DNA from: Octopus bimaculoides
Lineage: Eukaryota
NCBI RefSeq assembly: GCF_001194135.2
Contig: NC_068992.1
Location: 29,313,688 to 29,358,508 of the forward strand
Reading direction: 5' to 3'
Length of the DNA stretch: 44,821 bases
The number at the start of each line of letters is the position of its first letter. Position 1 is the first letter of the stretch. Of this stretch, positions 39,200-44,821 are shown piece after piece. Position numbers and translations under genes: made by a program. The notes beneath the pieces are model-generated. The model was given only the letters and a program-made list of their open reading frames with translations, was not told the origin of the DNA and made no database searches.

Positions 39200-40270
39200 G
39201 GCCTGTATAAATGTTATAGATATAGAATGTATTATGAGATAAAGTCATGTCGAATCAACTAGTAAACACGAGAGTGGATGTATCAGCTAAAGCTAATGGT
39301 GTCAAGATACGAAAGAAAATAAGAAAACATTCAGTAAAACCTGCCTGGAAACAAAAAAAGCAGTTAATCAGGAAACAAGGCGAGAGATAAAATATATACT
39401 AAAAATAAAAAAAAAAACTTTCATAAAAAAATAAATATATATATTCACCAAAACAGTACTTCTGCTTGGAAGACATACAATTAAGGAAGAATGGGAACAC
39501 AAAGAAATAAAAGAAAGATTAATTCGACAGGCGAAAGCCAAATCCTGAAGACTTTGAGTCAAGAATCAAACAATTCATACAAAATAAAATGGTTAGAGTA
39601 GACGAGGAAATTCAAGGAATTATGTAAGAAAGCTATGGAAGTTGAGAAGCCCCCAGACGAAAAGGAAGCCTAATAATTGAAATAAAATAGGGGAGGAGAA
39701 AGAAACACATAAAACCAATGAAATAATACGGAGGACAACAGAAATAATTTAATCATCTCTTGGCACTATAATGTGCAACAATATATAACAGAAGCCATTT
39801 GAGGAAAAGGCAACAGAAAATCGTTTGGAAACAGTATACACAAAATCCCAAAGTTCTGAATAAAACATCTACTTACACTGCACATACATACACACATGTA
39901 TATACGTATACACCATTCATATAATCATACACAGATACAACGATAGAGAAGTAGAAAGAAGAAATAGTGCAATATCCTAAGAAAATAAGAACCTTGTCTG
40001 AAACGCCAGAATAATTGACATAACGAAAAAAACTTCTCTTAGAAAAGGGAAAAGAGAAAAAAAGCAAACCCGGTTGAGCGTAGAAATTGTGCGCAAATCG
40101 CATGCTTTACATCCATCTGCAACACCTCAGCAGTAAATAAGAACGTATACGAACACCTGCCTAGAAATAAACTTTCATCTGAAGAACAGACAAACTACAG
40201 GTGACATTCATATAACTATACGGTTGTAAAGCCAATGTAAATGACAAAAAGACAACAATAGTGGTATAGT
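39200..40270 (+). mobile_element. Old, heavily decayed R4/Dong-like non-LTR ORF fragment (region N-terminal to RT and early RT)
   Basis: Piecewise translations with many stops and frameshifts: KPAWKQ; RIKQFIQNKMVRVDE; KELCKKAMEVEKPPDEKEA; NRKSFG..IPKF*IKHL (cf. NWKSPGPD.I.NFWIKHL); ETPE*LT; QIACF...VYEHLPRNKLSSEEQ. Confidence 0.7.
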
Positions 40271-41149
40271 ATCACAATCATGTTTCCTTTGATCAATGGC
40301 GATGTATAAATTATCAGCAGTGATTATAGGGTTCATGAAACATAGCGTGACTGAAAAAAGGAAAATAATATTAAATCAGAAAATTGTCCTGAAAGCAGAC
40401 ATAATTTATTACTGAAAAGGAATTTTACTGAGAAAGTCTTTCTCATTACTTCTGTTCTATTTGGTTCTTCTCTAATTAATTACCGTTCTAAATTCGACTG
40501 AAAGCTAACTACAGGGCCGATGGAACGACTTATTTTATGTTGAGGAGCACCAAACTAAATTCTAGTTTAGAGATACAGATGGAATATACGCTTTCTCTCA
40601 CTGATAAAACGTTATGGCTTAGACATTACCTTAAAATGTATCCATAAGGCATCTGCAATCAAGGGAAATTAAGCTAGTTCGTAACGAAGGCAAATAAAAT
40701 GGAACGCACGATGAATGATTTAGAAACAAAAAATTGTATGTAACCATATATGTGTGTATGTGTATAAATATTAATATATATGATAGTATACACATATATT
40801 TATACACACACACATATATATATGATAGTATACACATATNNNNNNNNNNNNNNNNNNNNNNNNNNNNNNNNNNNNNNNNNNNNNNNNNNNNNNNNNNNNN
40901 NNNNNNNNNNNNNNNNNNNNNNNNNNNNNNNNNNNNNNNNNNNNNNNNNNNNNNNNNNNNNNNNNNNNNNNNNNNNNNNNNNNNNNNNNNNNNNNNNNNN
41001 NNNNNNNNNNNNNNNNNNNNNNNNNNNNNNNNNNNNNNNNNNNNNNNNNNNNNNNNNNNNNNNNNNNNNNNNNNNNNNNNNNNNNNNNNNNNNNNNNNNN
41101 NNNNNNNNNNNNNNATATATATATATATATACACACATAAGATACTATA

Positions 41150-42960
41150 TGTATAGGAGGGAAGCTTCTATATTAGGAAAAACAACACAAAGAATAAACA
41201 AAATAGCGATAATATCTGGCTCGTAATCCCCTACACCATGCACCTCAAATCGAATATAGTTCGCTCATTAATGAAAATCATAGACAAACACCTAAACGCT
41301 AATAATAAATACACAGAATTATTTAGGAATAAAATCAGAATAGGCCACAGTCTGACTAATAACTTAGCCACAATAATAGCCTCAATGAATAACAAAAAAC
41401 TTGAATTCTACGAATTGTGAACAATAAAAATAATAACCAACCAACTAATAGGACTAAGCCTCCCACCAACGCAACGCCTCCTGCTAACTTAGGTACGACC
41501 TAAATAATAATTGCCCCTCACAATACAACACGGACCTAGATACACCTAATTATCTATGCGGCTATAGGAATAGAACAACGTGCCATTTCTCAAACAGATG
41601 TAAGACAAATAACGTAGTTTACCAATGTGACGTCCGCACAAACAACCAGACGAAATCATACAATGGTGCAACTAAGAACCAAATGATTCTCAGATATAAT
41701 GCGCACCTATCGAGCTTCAGAAATAGGAATAAGGCTAACTCAACAGGGCTAAGTACATACATTTGGAAACTTAATGATAAAAAAATAGATTTTAGCTTAA
41801 ACTGGCGTTTACTCACAAAAACAATCTCCTACAACACCGCAAATAGACGCCGCGATCTCTGCCTATCAGAATGCCTAGCTGTACTTACGGTGAAGCAAAC
41901 CCTTCTCAACAGAAAATTTGAGAACGACTGCTTTTTGTCTTCACGTGGGCCTTTATATATTTTCAAAATACCGGTAGAACAGTCCCTCTTGTATTCATGT
42001 AGGCCTCTATGCCGTCATAATCCCAAACTAGAATACTCATCTATATAAGTCTAATTAACTGGGAAACACACTNNNNNNNNNNNNNNNNNNNNNNNNNNNN
42101 NNNNNNNNNNNNNNNNNNNNNNNNNNNNNNNNNNNNNNNNNNNNNNNNNNNNNNNNNNNNNNNNNNNNNNNNNNNNNNNNNNNNNNNNNNNNNNNNNNNN
42201 NNNNNNNNNNNNNNNNNNNNNNNNNNNNNNNNNNNNNNNNNNNNNNNNNNNNNNNNNNNNNNNNNNNNNNNNNNNNNNNNNNNNNNNNNNNNNNNNNNNN
42301 NNNNNNNNNNNNNNNNNNNNNNNNNNNNNNNNNNNNNNNNNNNNNNNNNNNNNNNNNNNNNNNNNNNNNNNNNNNNNNNNNNNNNNNNNNNNNNNNNNNN
42401 NNNNNNNNNNNNNNNNNNNNNNNNNNNNNNNNNNNNNNNNCTTTGCAAATACACAGGGCCCCTCCTAGCATTAAGAACTTCCTAAAATCTAGCAATAAGA
42501 CAATTATTAGCCATAACACATTTTCAAACCACCCAAACTTTGGTATGAGTTAGCTTCCTTTTCACCATGTTAGAGTCACCTACACCGCCGGTGAGAACTA
42601 ATCGTAAAATATAAAAAAATTGAATATACACGTGCGGAAAAAAATGTGCTTAATTAAACTAGGAAACCCGCACCTAAATAATACTCACCCCGCCCTAATT
42701 ACCCAACAAAACTAACCAATCTACTACAAGCAAACCTCTACCCAGCGAATTTACCAGCGCAAGAACAAAATTTAATATACGAATTACCACTTTTGTTTAC
42801 ATTACCATCACATATGTATCGATTTTTTTCGCATCCTACCAATGCATCTATCTATGTTCGCATTCTGAAGAGAATTACTTAAACCAGTGAATTGAAACGA
42901 TCGAAAATGCTACCTTCATCTCTGCTTCTTCCTTCTTTGATATCTAAGTAATTAAAGACA
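41150..42960 (+). mobile_element. Decayed Penelope-like element (RT C-terminus/linker plus GIY-YIG endonuclease) with a putative 3' terminal region beyond the gap
   Basis: 41214-41420 NIWLVIPYTMHLKSNIVRSLMKIIDKH...; 41557-41930 C..RNRTTCHFSNRCKTNNVVYQCDV..KSYNGAT..RYNAHLSSFRN..NSTGLSTYIWKL..DLCLSE. These match PLE linker and GIY-YIG motifs (VVY, YIG->YNG, RY..H, CNLCL.E). One frameshift and stop. Continuity across the 42073-42440 gap is assumed. Confidence 0.85.
42860..42910 (+). ncRNA. Degenerate type I hammerhead ribozyme associated with the Penelope-like element
   Basis: Stem I GCATT/AATGC (perfect); CTGAAGA; stem II AATTACT/AGTGAATT with a bulge; GAAA; C-GATC-G; U16.1 replaced by A. Confidence 0.6.
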
Positions 42961-43022
42961 TACCAGCGAAAACCACGAATTTCCCAATTGTATATCCATT
43001 TTCTTCTCACATACACACACAG

Positions 43023-43055
<33 letters not shown>

Positions 43056-43057
43056 AA

Positions 43058-43295
43058 CAGGGTTGGCCAGAAGTCACCTGACAGTGAATTAAAACCATTT
43101 AATCCCACAATTTATGTATGTTTACTAACTGAATGAATTTAATAAAAGTGTCTAAATATGAGACATCATGAAACATCATATGAAACTTGTTCAAACGGAA
43201 GCCCTTCTTGAGTGACACATTTCCCCATTCGAGTGAATACAGAATTAAAGATAGTATTTATGGAATTTTGATATACTGTCGGGTGACTTTTGGCC
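43058..43295. mobile_element. Tc1/mariner-type MITE
   Basis: GGCCAGAAGTCACCTGACAGT (43065-43085) versus the reverse complement of 43275-43295, 19/21 match; left end CAGGGTTGGCC; embedded in (TA)n. Confidence 0.75.
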
Positions 43296-44469
43296 TATAT
43301 ATATATATATATATATNNNNNNNNNNNNNNNNNNNNNNNNNNNNNNNNNNNNNNNNNNNNNNNNNNNNNNNNNNNNNNNNNNNNNNNNNNNNNNNNNNNN
43401 NNNNNNNNNNNNNNNNNNNNNNNNNNNNNNNNNNNNNNNNNNNNNNNNNNNNNNNNNNNNNNNNNNNNNNNNNNNNNNNNNNNNNNNNNNNNNNNNNNNN
43501 NNNNNNNNNNNNNNNNNNNNNNNNNNNNNNNNNTATGTATGTATGTATATATAGTGAATCCAAACAAAGAAGAATAAACAAGAAAAAAACAATAACGCGA
43601 GGACGTGGTACAAGTACTATATATATATTACATATTTGATCATATGAGTATGAAGTCCGCGCAAAGGGCATAAATATATATTGTAGATGCAAGGACCAAT
43701 AAATGAAGGAAGGCAACACTGTAGAAGCAATGTTCGACAAATGGAATATTAGAAAGCTTAAAAGGATTCTTTCCCGTCCTTTTGAGCGATAAGCTAATTC
43801 AGAATTTGCGTTTTCTCTAGTATTATATCTGTCTGTATTTTCATTGCATTTGCAGCTGACCCCCCCACAAACACACACACACACACATACACACACACAA
43901 CACACACACACACGCACACACACATGCTCACACACATGCTCACACACATATATAATGAAATATAATATAATACAATATGATATAATATATTGTGTTATAT
44001 TATATTATATAAGAAAGTATAATATAATAGAGATTCTAACCAAGTGTATAGCCTTGCAGAGTGTCAGAATATCGTCAAATCATATCACTTTTCTGTCCGA
44101 GAATATGTTCCCTCTTAGCGCAAAAGAAAATATCTTGTGATCATCGCCAAAGTCATCTGCCTTTTATAAGTATTTATTCCCATACTATTACTCTCAGGTG
44201 GTATGCAGATAACTTGAATGGAGCGAATGTTGCACTCAAGATATATGTAAAGAATTTGAACAGAATTGGAAAGGAAAGGGAAAAACCTATGTCCTTATTA
44301 CTTTGATTTCGCATACCATGCTATCAATTTCTGTTACCATAAATAACCACAAGGAGGCAGTGAGTGATCTCCACAGTGGAATAATCAGACAAACGAATCT
44401 GTTTTACTCGTGATTACTTCTGTGGGAACAAATACAAAACAACTCATGAAAACGGGCTGAGTTATGGAC

Positions 44470-44556
44470 GTGAGTTGCCAAATCGCTAAGGTTACGGCGA
44501 TGTAAGCACACCAGCATTGGTTGTCAAGCGATGGTGGAGGGACAAACACAGACACA

Positions 44557-44596
<40 letters not shown>

Positions 44597-44771
44597 AATA
44601 TATATATACACGACGGGCTTCTTACAGTTTCCGTCTACCAAATCCGTTCACGATGCTTTGGTCGGCTGAAAGCTATTTTAGAAAAAAACTTGCTGAAGGT
44701 GCCACGCAGTGGCACCGTACCCCAAACCATATGGTTGGTAAGCAAGCTACTTACCACACAGCCACTCCTGC
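44470..44771 (-). mobile_element. tRNA/CORE-like SINE with internal (CA)/(TA) microsatellite
   Basis: Minus strand: head GCAGGAGTGGCTGTGTGGTAAG (A box TGGCTGTGTGG), GCACCTTCAGCAAG, mid-domain ..GTAGACGGAAACTGTAAGAAGCCCGTCG, microsatellite at 44560-44608, then the 3' domain shared with 27640-27715. Confidence 0.85.

Positions 44772-44821
<50 letters not shown>
44772..44821. repeat. (AAT)n microsatellite
   Basis: Direct reading. Confidence 0.95.

Noticed and set aside
40775-40839. 42-bp tandem repeat containing TGATAGTATACACATAT
   Set aside because: Microsatellite-derived minisatellite at a gap edge; no further structure.
795-44585. Most ORFs in the six-frame track (YIYI, HTHT, RERE, poly-N/L/M/I, X-runs)
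   Set aside because: They are translations of microsatellites or read through N gaps; no coding signal.

Overview
AT-rich animal genomic DNA, dense in microsatellites, with 17 N-gaps, most of them flanked by (TA)n, (CA)n or (GA)n (short-read draft assembly). Composition and repeat families resemble an octopod cephalopod genome; this is inference from remembered repeat consensus, with no search run. No protein-coding gene could be identified with confidence: nearly all ORFs in the track are microsatellite or gap artefacts, and only speculative small exons were found. The interpretable content is transposon-derived: several tRNA-headed SINE copies, a decayed Penelope-like element (GIY-YIG), two R4/Dong-like non-LTR fragments, mariner remnants, several MITE-like inverted repeats and a probable non-autonomous Helitron. 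The most notable item is a non-autonomous element that combines a tRNA-like Pol III head, an internal trinucleotide microsatellite and a ~185-bp tail carrying a minimal type I hammerhead ribozyme. The ribozyme has a palindromic stem III, so it is predicted to act as a dimer. There are three hammerhead copies (14970-15015, 36784-36829, and one with an intact core at 37883-37928). At both loci the element is flanked by an inverted, end-truncated copy of its tail, as is typical of Penelope insertions. A second, degenerate hammerhead lies downstream of the Penelope ORF (42860-42910).
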